Of a stretch of DNA of 64,000 bases, positions 48,721 through 60,525 are shown in pieces. The notes under the pieces were generated by a model. The model was not told the DNA's origin, made no database searches, and saw only the letters and a list, made by a program, of their open reading frames with translations. How positions within the stretch are numbered: the stretch's first letter is position 1; each line of letters begins with the position of its first letter. Both the position numbers and the translations under genes were made by a program. This DNA comes from Vicugna vicugna (Eukaryota), in NCBI GenBank assembly GCA_013265495.1, contig MU058009.1, forward strand, positions 2,358,001-2,422,000. Direction: 5' to 3'.

Positions 48721-51087
48721 AGAATGAAACAGGTGCGGCCATGAAGTCAGCGCAGGGGTGTGGGAGCGGCCTGCTGGGTTCTGTGCACGGTGCTGTCACG
48801 TTAACCCTAATCCACTGTACAGAGGAGAACTTTCAGGACAATCAGCAGACAGGGTTAGTAGGGGTGATCATCCCAGATAAGCGAAGTGATTTGTCTGAAA
48901 GGAAAACGGCTCCCCGCGGCCCTGAAGGCCCAGCCAGGGGCCTGGTTCGCGCTGGCTTCTCCTGCCGGCTGTGAACGCCCTGCGTGAAGCCCACATCTGA
49001 CCTTGGGCAGACTGTGCGACTGCTTGTGGTTAATTCCCTCGTCTGTTACCTGAGACCGCAGCCTTTGGTGACGGACAGGTGGTCTGGCTCAGAAGGTACA
49101 GCCGTGGGCTGGAAGCAGGCGACAGGGAAATTTAAAACCAGTTTTGTCACCTTTGGTGCTACGTGACCTTGACTGAGAAAGCACTTAATCTGAACCTGTT
49201 TCTCTCTCTCCCCTAAAGAAGGATGGTGAGGGCGACAGGCTGGGAAGTCACAAGACGGCCTCCATGAAAACCCTGTCAAACCTGGTCCAGACCCCAATTC
49301 CTCAGCCTACCGCAGTCCACAGCCCTCCGCACAGTTCCCGTGAATTCCTGGGCTCACCTCCTCACGGTTCTCCTGCCTCCGGGCACCTCGTATGTACATG
49401 TTACCTCCACCCTGCCCCACGTCAACCCAGGTACCTGCCTGCCTGAATGCCACAAAAAATGCACTTACGTACGAGCACCTTCTAAACTGGGGAAAGTGAA
49501 TATGGGGGAGGGGCCATGGAGCACGGTCCCTTCATGCGCCTCACAGCCTCCACACACCCCAAGACCTCCCCATGCTGCCTGGCCCAGGTCCCCCTAAATT
49601 TCAGCTTCTGTCCTAAGGCACAGACCAAAGTATCTCCCCAGCAATCCGGCTGGAGAAGCTGGTGAACAAACTCCATCTCATCAGCCATAATTTACACTGA
49701 CGCACTTTGCTCATGGGGCCAGTTACAAGCCGTCTCATTCCACCCTCATGACAGCCCTGAGAAGGGTGATCTTACAGGTGGGGAAACAGAGGCTGGGAGA
49801 TGGGACATGAGCACCGCTACACCCCTGGGAGAGAACAGCACTCAAATTCAAAGTTGTGCTTTCCTTCCACCACTCGCCCCTTGGTCTCCAAGGCTGAAGC
49901 CCCCTCCATCCCAAGGCTGGTCCCAGATGAACACCTGCTCCAGGGGGACGTTGGCAGCCGCCCTCTCCCCGCCAGGAGGGTGAAGACTCTGCTTCCGCAC
50001 CACCCTGTCCCCAGGGGAACCCAGTGCTCCCATCACCACGGGAGCAGCCAGTCTCCAGTCTCCCAAAGGCCGTTCTCCGGAGCCACAGGAAACAAGCTAC
50101 AGGGGACGCAGGTCAGAGGAGGCTGGCTCTGACCTTCCTCCTTCCTGTGTTTGTACTGCTGTGTCCCTGATCACCCTCCCTGCTCCCTCCTCCCTCAGCC
50201 CCACGACTCCCAGCCAGGACCCCCACGCCCTGACAGCCAAGGGAAAAACACGCTCTGGCATGTGACTCGGAAAATGCGAGGGGCAGAGGCGGAAGCAGAG
50301 GGGCAAACACAGCAGGAAGGAGTCAGCACGGCTGCGGGACCCAGCGGAGGGCGGGACCCAGTGCAGGTGAACGAGGTGCACGCGGCATGCCCACGGGGGC
50401 AGGATGTTCCCCAAACCGCTTTAAAGATCAACGAGCAATTCTCAGGGAACAAGGGTAATGAGACGTGGGAACGGATCTTCGCAAAATACACCTCAAAGGT
50501 CCGTCCAGCTGGCTCTGGAAGGCAGCACGTCTCCTACAGGACCCCCGCGTCTATCAGAGTTTGGCTCAGGTTCCAATAAGATGCAGTGTCACCTCCTCAG
50601 GGCTCCCCACCTGCGACAGGGCCAGAGCTGGCAGAGAACATGCTGGGTGGCCTGGGTGGATCAGCGCTGGATTCAGGATTGGCTACAGATAATACACGAA
50701 ATAAAGACAGCAGACAGTCAGGAGCTGACCCTGCTGCCTAAAACAAGGGGCGCGCGGGCTGAGGGAGGACGAGGCGCCAGACTGCACAAAAGTCACGTTC
50801 GAGTAAATAAATGAAAGGTGAAGTTGCTGTAACCCCTTACATGTCTACAGCACTTTACAGTTTACTCAACACTCACATACATCATTTTACTTAGAGAACG
50901 AACAGTCCAGGCCCTGGGGCTGAGCTGCCCAGCTGGAACGTCAGCCCCACCTCCTGCTCTTCTGTGACTTTACAAAGACGGTCTTTTTCCCTGCATCTCA
51001 GGTTTCCGCCTGTAGAATGGAGATGTTAATAACACTTTGCCCGCAGGGAAGTTACGGGGCCTAATGAGATACCCGTTCTTTCATTTA

Positions 51088-51158
51088 TTTCCTTCCTCCC
51101 TTCCTTCCTTCCTCCCTTCCTTCCTTCCTTCCTTCCTTCCTTCCTTCCTTCCTTCCTT
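51088..51158. repeat. (TTCC)n microsatellite next to an antisense L2 end
   Basis: Direct reading. Confidence 0.92.
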
Positions 51159-52879
51159 CATCAAACAGCTTCGAGCAGCTCCCACATGCCAAGCTCTGTT
51201 GTAAACACGAGGAACAAATTACACCAAAAACTTTCTTTTTGTGAAACATTCTCTCCAGTGGGAGGGACAGAAAATTGACCCCAGGAGTGAGTGTACTGGA
51301 CTGTATGTTAGGAGGTGATGCAAGATATGAACAAAATTGAGCAGGTGGGTGGGACTGTGGCGCCTGGCACCTCCCAAGCACGGGGCAAACACCAGCCGTC
51401 ATTACTCCCGCCTCCCAGCAGCCCTGCGTGGCGGACAGACTTACAACCTGCATTTTACAGGTGCGCCACCTGGGCTCAGAGAGGCTAAGGACCCACCCAG
51501 GGCCACACAGCGAGCACAGGCCACGCCAGGACTGGGTCCTGTTCTGACTCCCACATCGGTGCTCTCTCCCTGCCTCTGCAGGAGCCCCCAACCCCCACAG
51601 CCCTACTCGGGCCTTCGCGGCCGGGGGCGCCAGCTCTGGCCTCTCACAGCCCGGGTCCACACCCACACCGTCTCTGCCGCGGGGTCACCACCACCTCCTT
51701 CCTCCCAGGGTCTTGAGGGTGAGACCAATGTGAGCCCTGGGTTCGCCGATCAGCAGCACGAAACCCATGTGTGCTTCCATTACTCTCCCTGCCCCTCCAA
51801 AAAAAACCAGGAGGGCAGGGGAGACCAGCTGTCGTAAGACGCCCGGAGGGGCTCACCCCAGAGAAGCTGCTGTCACCGCAGCTCCCACACCTTCCTCCCC
51901 GCCCAGTGAGCCCAGAACTTGCCGAGCAGGACCCGCGGGCGGCAGCCTGGCCCTGAGCACCTGCAGGGGGGGCCTCGGAAAAGAGCCTGCTGGCCCTGGC
52001 TTCCCACGGTGTGGAGGCGTTCAGGGCGCCAGGGGAGAACCGCCAGCTCGTTTTATTGACTTTCCACCCAGCTGACTCCTCCAGGCCTGCGATTAGGAGA
52101 CAATGAACAGAAGGCACCCTGGGCAGCCCCCTAGCCGTGCCTTCTCCAACCGCTAGAGCCTCCTGGGGCCAGAGCCACAGCAGGACCCGGACGGCCAGCC
52201 CAGGGAGCAGGCTACGTGCACACAAGCTCAGAAGGGGCCCCTCTGGGCCAGAGCCCTGCCCCACTTCAAAGTGGAGTCAGCAGGCAGCTTCCATCCCACG
52301 CCCCAGTCTCCTTCTGAGACTCCCCGCAGCTGGGGCTGTCTGCCTCCCACACACAGGCCACCCGCCCCCAGAATTAGTGGGAACACCCTGGGAGTAAGCG
52401 CCCAGCTGCCCTTGTACCAGGGACCCGTCTCCTTGCTCCTGCTGGACACAAGGTGCTGATCCCTCCAGGAAACCCTGATTTCTCTAGTCTGGCTCTTCCC
52501 AGACTCAGGTGTCAGCCTTGTCACTGGTGTCTAAGGCTTGTGACATCTTGACAAGCCCCCAAGTGCTTACTGCCTGCATTCTTAGGCCTCGGAGTAACAC
52601 GCCCCTACTGACATGCCCACTGAGTCCCACAGCGGATCAACCCGACCAGACCGCCGTGGAGGTCCACCCACCTGACAGCACGCTCTGCGCCCCGAACCTG
52701 CGGGGCTGTGTCCTGTGCTCACACCAGGAGCAGTAGTTCCAGGTCCTAGTCTGACAGACCATGTTCCAAGATAACGTTTTAGGTCTGAGTTCCCTAGCTC
52801 CAAGGGATCTGTTTTGTAAATATCTTTTTTCAGTTTTAATACAAAAAAACTCAAACAATGAAATGTGTACAAAGGAAAA

Positions 52880-53180
52880 AGTCGTAGCTCCAAAGTGGGT
52901 GAAGGGGGTCAAAAGGTACAAATTTTCCAGTTATAAAACATGAGCAGCCCTGGGGACTGCAGTTAACAATACTGTGTTGTATATTTGGAAGTTGCTAAGC
53001 GAGTAGATCTTAAAAGTTCTCATCAGAAAAAAATTTTGTAACAATGTGTGGTGACAGATGTTAACTAGACTTACTGTGGTGATCATGTCACAATACACAC
53101 AAATGTCTGAATCATTACATTGTACACCTAATACATTATAACTAATATATTATATGTCAATTATACCTCAATAAAAAATT
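52880..53180 (+). mobile_element. L1MA9-like 3' end inserted into an antisense L1ME fragment (52820-53670)
   Basis: 'gggtgaagggggtcaaaaggtacaaattttccagttataaaa...gtcaattatacctcaataaaaaa'. Confidence 0.85.
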
Positions 53181-55489
53181 AACAGCTCCCCCCCACACTC
53201 CCCCTCCTTAATCTCAATCCCCAGAAGAATCTACTCTCCACAGTTTGGTGTGTATCCTTCCACTTTTACACACCCCCCCCCAAAGTATTCTTTCACATGA
53301 ACAGGAACGTTTTATACAAACTGTTATGCTTTGCTTTTCCCAGTGTTGCAAGGACAGGTTCCTGTGCAGGACGTAGAAGCTAACGCATTGCCTAAGTGGT
53401 TGCTCCGGCGTTCATTGCAGAGATGTCCTGTAATGTGTTTCATCACTCCCCTACTGATGTACACTCAAGTTGTTTCCAATTACTCACTACTGCAAACAAC
53501 ACTGCAGTAAACATCTTTGTGCACGTATCTTTCTGTACGTCTCTTTTTTCACAGGTTCCTTTCCAGGAACTCTCATTAACCCATTTTATTTTGCTTTCTG
53601 TGACGATTAGTGCGGCTGGACTATTTTCATCTGCTGGTGGGCACTTTGCTTTCCTTCTGTGAATTTCTTGCCTACATGCTCGGATGCCCTTAGTAAGCCG
53701 CCCCCTCCCCAGCCTTCCACTTCTACAGCCCTTTTATCTTTACCACCACTGACTCCGACCTCCCACTGCATCAGCCCGGAGCAGAACCGACATTTCTCAT
53801 GCCTGGTCTGGCTCTGATGGGGCCACAGTAAAAGCGCACGTCTCTCATAAAGCTTCCCAAACAGAAGGTGAAGAACCCACATCCTTCTAACCAACTGTGA
53901 ACTGTGGTCCCCTTCAGAGCCTCGTAAAAGGGGACTCCTCTGTCATTCAGCTACTGGTGGAGGCAGCTGGCTCTGGAAAGCCCAAAGAGGTAAGATTCTC
54001 ACCTGGGATGGGTGTCCCACATGAAAGATGAGGGTGTTATGTGGAGGGGGTGTGTGTGTGGAGGAACACGATGAGGGATTGGAGACGCGTTGGGAACGAG
54101 TAGATGTGCCCAAGTTTTGTCACAGGACACCTGGCAAAGCCCTGAGTGATGAGGTCTTATCCCCCTCCTCTTCCCCCACCCACTACTGGATGGCAGCAGT
54201 GATGAGTGGCTAAATCACGTCACTCATTCTCTGAAGATGTGTTGCTTTGTGACAGTCTTGGAGTCCTCTAGGCAATGATGCACTTGACACTGGGGAGACA
54301 GCATGGTGGTATTTGGGACAAGGGGGCAGTACCCAGCCTAAGCAAGCATCAGCCCTTCGACTGTGGCAGAGGTGACAGATCTGACAGAACTCCGTTAGCT
54401 TCAGAGGCCTGGAGCCCCCATCCACATCCTCCTCCCTGTGCCCCCCCGCCAGAAGCCAGTAAAGGACCACGTCCTGCAGGACAGAAGGACCCCACTGTAC
54501 AAGCTGTACCAGGATTATAGAAAATTTAAAAATTGAGCAACAAGAAAATTCCCACAGTCCCGCCCACAGTCCCACCAACCCTGATCCCTCATGGCGTTTG
54601 GAAAAGCTCCACCCAGCCCCATGAGGTCCCCTCCCCTTACAGCCTTTTCAGGGGCCCCGGGACTGGCTCTCGCACTGAATGGCCAGTTCTCCTTGGACTG
54701 CAGCTGAGGCAGGAGCTCGGACAGTGACCTTGGCATTGCTTCTGAGCCATTCCCAGCAAATTTGGGATTGTGTCCCCATAGCGAACACTCGATTATTTCT
54801 TCAGAACAAACATGAGAACTTCACACGTTAAAAAGTCACTCTAGATTTAGAAAATATTTACATAAGGAGAGAAATGTGCACATATTAATGAGCCTCCATG
54901 TGCCATCCTCCAAATAACCTTCTGTGTTAGGTTATTACCACCATCCCCGCTGACAAACAAACTGAACTTCAAAGACAGGAGGGGACTTGGAGAAGTCACG
55001 TGGCTGGTAAGCGGGAAAGCGTGACCCCACATCCAGAACGCTTTTCTCACCACGAAGTGATTACATAATCTGTTCACCATCTTCCAAGTGGTAGATAATG
55101 AGCAAAACTAATTTGTTTTGCTTTCCACATTTCTCTGTTCCAGTAAGTGAGCATCTCCAGGGAGCAACGGAGAAGGAACCAGAGGAAGGGTGGGAAAGTC
55201 AGCCGACACGGAAGAACGGCGCAGAGAGCGTATCTGCCCCCGTGAAGGGCACTGACTGGACAGCGTGCAGCAGGGAGGCCGTCTGAACAGACACATCCTC
55301 TCGCCACTCCAGCCCTCGCCGGTGCTGCCTGTAGAATCAGCGAGCTGAGGTGGGTAGGAAAAAGCAACTGATTCAAACTCAGAGACACGTTCAAAACCAA
55401 CCACGCCGAAGGGGGAGAAATCACGCTTCAGCAAGAAAGCAATTCACCCCTTCAGTGCTCCCCACGGCTGCGACACAAGCCCCTCCCCG

Positions 55490-55690
55490 TCAGGGCGTGA
55501 GGCTGCCGGACTGCAGATTCACTCCGGGGTCGCGGGCAGGGCCGGGCGGCTAGATGCTCGACAACCAGTGCTCTGGGAAAAATAAAAGCCCCGAGAAAGG
55601 CGGCACTTGCTGGATTTCCACGTTGTAAATTTCGAACTCTAATGTGATGTCACTGGCGGTGGGGTGAGGAAGAGGCACACGCCCTGGTCC
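55490..55690. mobile_element. MER63-like hAT element
   Basis: 'acaaccagtgctctgggaaaaataaaagccc...ttgtaaat...gatgtcactg', same family as 47829-48030. Confidence 0.55.
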
Positions 55691-55979
55691 CCCGGTGCAG
55701 GTGGCTCCTGCACAGGCTGGAGGACCCTGGACCAGGAAAGCAGACGGGACACCGCAGGGAGGAGGAATTAGCGTCTAGTATTTCCCATCTGCTTCTCACC
55801 TGTCCTTCTTCACTCTGCAGGCAAGATCACGCACACCCGTAGGTGATGAGGCATTTAAGGAACAGAAGTAAGGAGTGTGGGGGCCAAAGGGAGCTCGCTG
55901 AGAATGCTCTCCGTTGTTCGAAAGCCCTTTTTAAAGAGAGTGTTTGACTTCCCTCCTTGTATTTCCTGACCCCCGAGCC

Positions 55980-56600
55980 TAACCCTGAGCCCAGTGAGCT
56001 CCAAGAGCTGAAGTGATGGAGACCTCCAGCCGCCTCCTGTGGCTGGCCCTATCCCCGGGCCACCCTCCTCTGCCGGACTCAGCCTGGGACTGTTCTAGTA
56101 GAAAAACCTAATCATGTCACTCTCCTGCTTCAAATGCTCCCGTCCCTCCCTGTCTCTCCACCACGACTGAGAAGGTGACTCGTGGTCTGCCCCCCCCACT
56201 AAAGCCTCGCTTCTCTCTTTTGACCTAAATTCTACTCATAATGAATGTCTTCCAGCTGCTCAAACCATTCTCTGTCCCAGCTTCCTGCCTTCCCACGGGC
56301 TGTTCTTTCTACCTGGGACTCTCTTTGCCTCCCTCCCCGACTGCCCAAAACTCCCTACCAGGTCTGCCACTCACTTCACTTCCCTGACCTCTGAGATGAC
56401 ACCTTGATGTGCATGTCACCGGGGTTCCCTGTGTCCCCCACGGTAGACTCCACCTGCACTGCTGCTGTGGCTCCCCACCAAATGACACGCTCCCCGGGGG
56501 CAGGGACTTGTCTGTCTTGTCACTGTGGTGCTCCACTGCCTAGAATGGTGTTTGGCACATAGAAGCACTCAGTAAATAGTTGTCAAAGGAATCCCTAACT
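55980..56600 (+). mobile_element. L2 fragment
   Basis: 'atcatgtcactctcctgcttcaaa...gcctagaatggtgtttggcacatagaagcactcagtaaatagttg'. Confidence 0.75.
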
Positions 56601-58714
56601 TCCGTTGAATAATGCATCCATCCAACATTTGTAAGAAACTCAACATGCTAAGAACTGAATGAGGCCCCAGAGATTCAGAAGTCGGCAGGCATTGTGGACG
56701 CTGCGGCAGGTCCTGCCTCCTCCCGGTGACACACTGAGCACAAACAGGAGCCACAGGGCTAACGTACCTGCCACTCTGATGCGGGAGCGACCAGGGGAGA
56801 AGTGGGAAACAAGATGAAAACTGTGGATTCCAGCTATAAATTGTACAAATGCTCAGCATTAAAAAATTATTTTAACACATCAAATATTAAGTCATTCGTA
56901 TGCTCTGCAATTACTTTATCTGTCATCAGCACGCTCAAGCTATTTGAAGCGGTGACAGATGGAAAGGAGTCTGAGCCAATTTTTCCTGCAGGTGTGCATC
57001 AGGGCCAGAGGGGAGGGTTCTGTACGTGCAGGAAGGGAGGGAAGGGGCAGGGTGACCGAGGTTATGAAACTGGAGCTGATGTGAGAGGCTTGGCCAAAAA
57101 CAAAAAGTGCAGATTTGCATCCTGGAAAGCTGCAGGGCGTTGCACTCGCTGAGAACCCAGAGTGATCATCACCTGGGCAGCTCGAGGGAGGTGACAGGGC
57201 AGGCTGCCCACATGGCAGAGGGAAAAACCAAGGCCGGGCAGAACTCAGGGGCTGGGAAGGCAGAGCTAGTGACTGGACCCAGGAGTCCAGGCTCCTCTCA
57301 CTCTGTTTTTTGTTGGTCTGTTGGTTTGTTTTCAAGGGGGCCTTCCTGTGTGGACCGGAAAACCTGCGAGACAAATTCTACAAAAGCTGCCACATTTCAC
57401 TTTGTTTTGAGTCTTAATCAGGAGAAAGTCAGGCAAACGGCAATGGTGGGGAGAAGGGGACACAGGACTGCCTAGAGGCCAGGGCTACTCAGAGGCCAGC
57501 AGGTGGGGGAGGGAAGAAGCGAGGGAGGTCCAGACTCCAAATGTCTGACCCACGCCAAAGGATCTTCTAGGAAATGTTCTAGCACAGGGTCTGAGATCCA
57601 CCTGGAAGAGACTGAAGTGCACCTTGAAACCCAGCCTGGTGCAGAACTCCCTGGGTCTAACCGTTACCCCTTTGCCCACATCCACTGCACCAGCGCCTGC
57701 CGCTGCATCCCTGCACCAGCGCCTGCCACTCTCCCCCAGATTCCCAGCCCTGGGGTCTGCTTCAGACACGGCCTCCCTAGCTGCCCTCTGTGGCTGCAGG
57801 AGGGCACGGCTGACCCCCACCTCCTGCTGCCGCCTCGCTACGCGCCCACCCTCAGCGACGCCTCCCCCGTCGTCTTCCACTGCCTGTACTTGTCCAATCA
57901 CTTTCATTTCACATCGCATGGTCTTAACTCTCTTAATTAACTTTGCTTTCAGGGCTCACCTCTCCCTCCTTCCTTCCAACCCCTCCCTCATAAAGAGGGA
58001 CACGTGAAGTGACCCCTTAGGTGGACGGAACCCCCGCCTGCACCCCCACCCCAAGCACACACGCACTTGACGCTGAGAGCAAATTCCATCTACAGGGTTC
58101 ACCCCCTGAAGCAATAACCTGCTGGACACAGGAGGATGCGGGTTTCCTCCAGCTTCTCAGGCAGAACAGGAGGGAAATGACTTGGAGCAGAGCCTGGAGG
58201 AGTGAAGGTGGACACGCGAACTAGCCTCTGGCCCGTGAAGCTGTGCAATCCGGGCCTCAAGACTTCCTGAAGGTGCCTCTTTCGCGTGACTGTGGAAGAG
58301 GTATGCCAGGTCTGGAAAAGCCTGGCCAGGGCCTTCCTGGTCCCTTCCCGACACCGGGGTGCGCTCACCTGTGATGGGGCAGCGGGCCGCCTTGCTGGAG
58401 GCAAACCGCCAAATGGCCAAAGTGCCAAAACCCAATAGACCTTCTGACTTCCCGGGACCTGACCTTGAGCCACAGAGTCGGGGGGTCTCAGCAGGACAGT
58501 GCCTGTCAAGGCAGGAGGGAAGACCACGGTCCCCGCAGAGTACAGTACGTGTAGATTAGATAAGCACATCAAACCTCCACTACTTTGATTTGGTTTAACA
58601 ATATTTGACTTGCTTTGAAATTTCAACGACATTAAAGAAAGGGTGGAGATTCCTGTTTCTCACAGGAGACACATCTTTATTGGAGCAGAGGATGAACTGA
58701 GGGATTGAGATTCC

Positions 58715-59400
58715 TGCTTTATTCATTCCTTAATGTGTTTATTCCTACAAGAAACAGAAACTCACTTCCTCACTGTGGGCAAAGCACTCTGCTGGGCCCG
58801 GAATGAGAAAGACGAGGAAGACCCAGGCCCTGCCCCGAGGAGGCCACAAGGTAACAGGGGGAGCAGGCGTGAGAGCAGCGCTACACTCGGGTGGGCCCCG
58901 GGGTGCAGGGCATGTGGGGAGAGGATGGCGGGTTCACTGGCACAAGTCAGGAAGCCTTCACAGAGGCAAGAACATCTGAGCAAGTTCACAGGGAGCTCAA
59001 GCAGAGGACGAGCTTGGGATCTGACAGTCCCTGGAGCAAACAAAATGCGCAGAAGTGTGGAGGCTGAGCCACCATCACATATTCCAAAAGTCCCCCTGTG
59101 ACTGAGTAACAGTGGGAGAGTGGCAGGAGCCGGTGCAGGGGCAAGGACCCGGGGAGACTGTGCCCCAAGATAGAGACACACAGGTTTGCTATGCAGGTGA
59201 CAGGAATCCACCAGAGAACCTGAAGGACAGGAGGGACACAACTGAATTGGGATCTGGAAAAATCACTCTGAAAAGTGGACCGAGAGGAGGAGAGCTGAGT
59301 GTGTGGGGGCGGGGGAGGCAGAGAAGTCAGGAGACTCCTGCAGCAGTCTGGGTGGGGGAGGGCTGTATGTTGGAGTCCACCTCGTCCTGGAGATCAGCAA
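58715..59400 (-). mobile_element. L2 fragments
   Basis: 'ttattcattcctt...ctcactgtgggcaaagcactctgctggg...gtcaggaagccttcacagagg'. Confidence 0.65.
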
Positions 59401-60220
59401 TGCATCACACACCTTCATCGTCCATCGCAATTGTGAATCCAACGATCTTTGACTTCCTGGATTTCAAGTAGGCATTGGGAATAAAATTGGAATAAAAATG
59501 CAGAAACTCCAGGGGAAAAAATTGTATGTCGCTACCGCATGGTAGACTCAGAGGGACGAAGAGCAGCTTTGGGAAAGAACTTAGGGGGACCAAGAAGCAG
59601 CCAGACAGAAACACCCCTCCCACTCCACCAAGAGCTTGGAGCTGAATTCTAAAGAGCACTTCAGGAGCCTCAAGCATCTGAGTTTTAAGGAGGCTCTGGT
59701 GGAGGGGCCTCCAGTCTGAAGTTCACCTACTACTTTGCCTTGAGTCCACTCCTCTGTGGGACCCCAGCACACGGGGAGCTGTCCCTGGCTGGCTCGGCCG
59801 GCTCTCCACACGGGTCAGGAGCTGTGCTTCCCGGCTCGGCAGCTCTGACAAGCTCTCTGCCCAGGAGGCCCAGGTCCCCAGCAGGCGCGGCCCCACGCTA
59901 CGCCTCGTGTCTAGAGAATGATGCCTCCTCCCGGATGGACTGGGCTGAACTGGGGGACCGAGCCCTTGTCAGTCAAGCGCCAACAGGGCGGTTCTGAGCC
60001 TGCCAGCTGGGTGGGTCATCATCCTTATAAAATAAAATACCCCAATAATTAATACAGGGCAAATTAATTAAAGGAAGAGGGAGCATGTGGGCCCATCGGG
60101 AGCTGGGTGGTAATTATCAGCAAACACGGAAAAGGTTTAGTAAGTACCCCTGATTCCCGCTTCCCTGACGATGAGCTAAACCCTGAAACCCATGCATCTA
60201 AAGGTCAGAAGGAAACAGTG

Positions 60221-60525
60221 TAAATGGACTTATTTATAAGACAGAGACAGAGACGCAGACATAGAAAACAGACTTACAGTTACCAAAGGGGAAGGTGGGG
60301 AGGGGTAAATTGGGAGTTTGGGATTAGCAGATACAAACTACTATATATAAAACGGATAAATAAGGTCCTACTGTACAGCACAAGGAACGTATTCAATAAC
60401 TTTTCATAGCCTGTAATGAAAAAGAATATGGAAAAGAACATATATGAACATGCATGACTGAATCGCCATGCTGTACACTGGAAATTAACACAAAATTGTA
60501 AACCGACTCGACTTCCAAAAAAAGG
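60221..60525 (+). mobile_element. Young artiodactyl-type L1 3' end
   Basis: L1 3' UTR with perfect 14-bp TSD AGAAGGAAACAGTG at 60207-60220 and 60526-60539. Confidence 0.92.
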
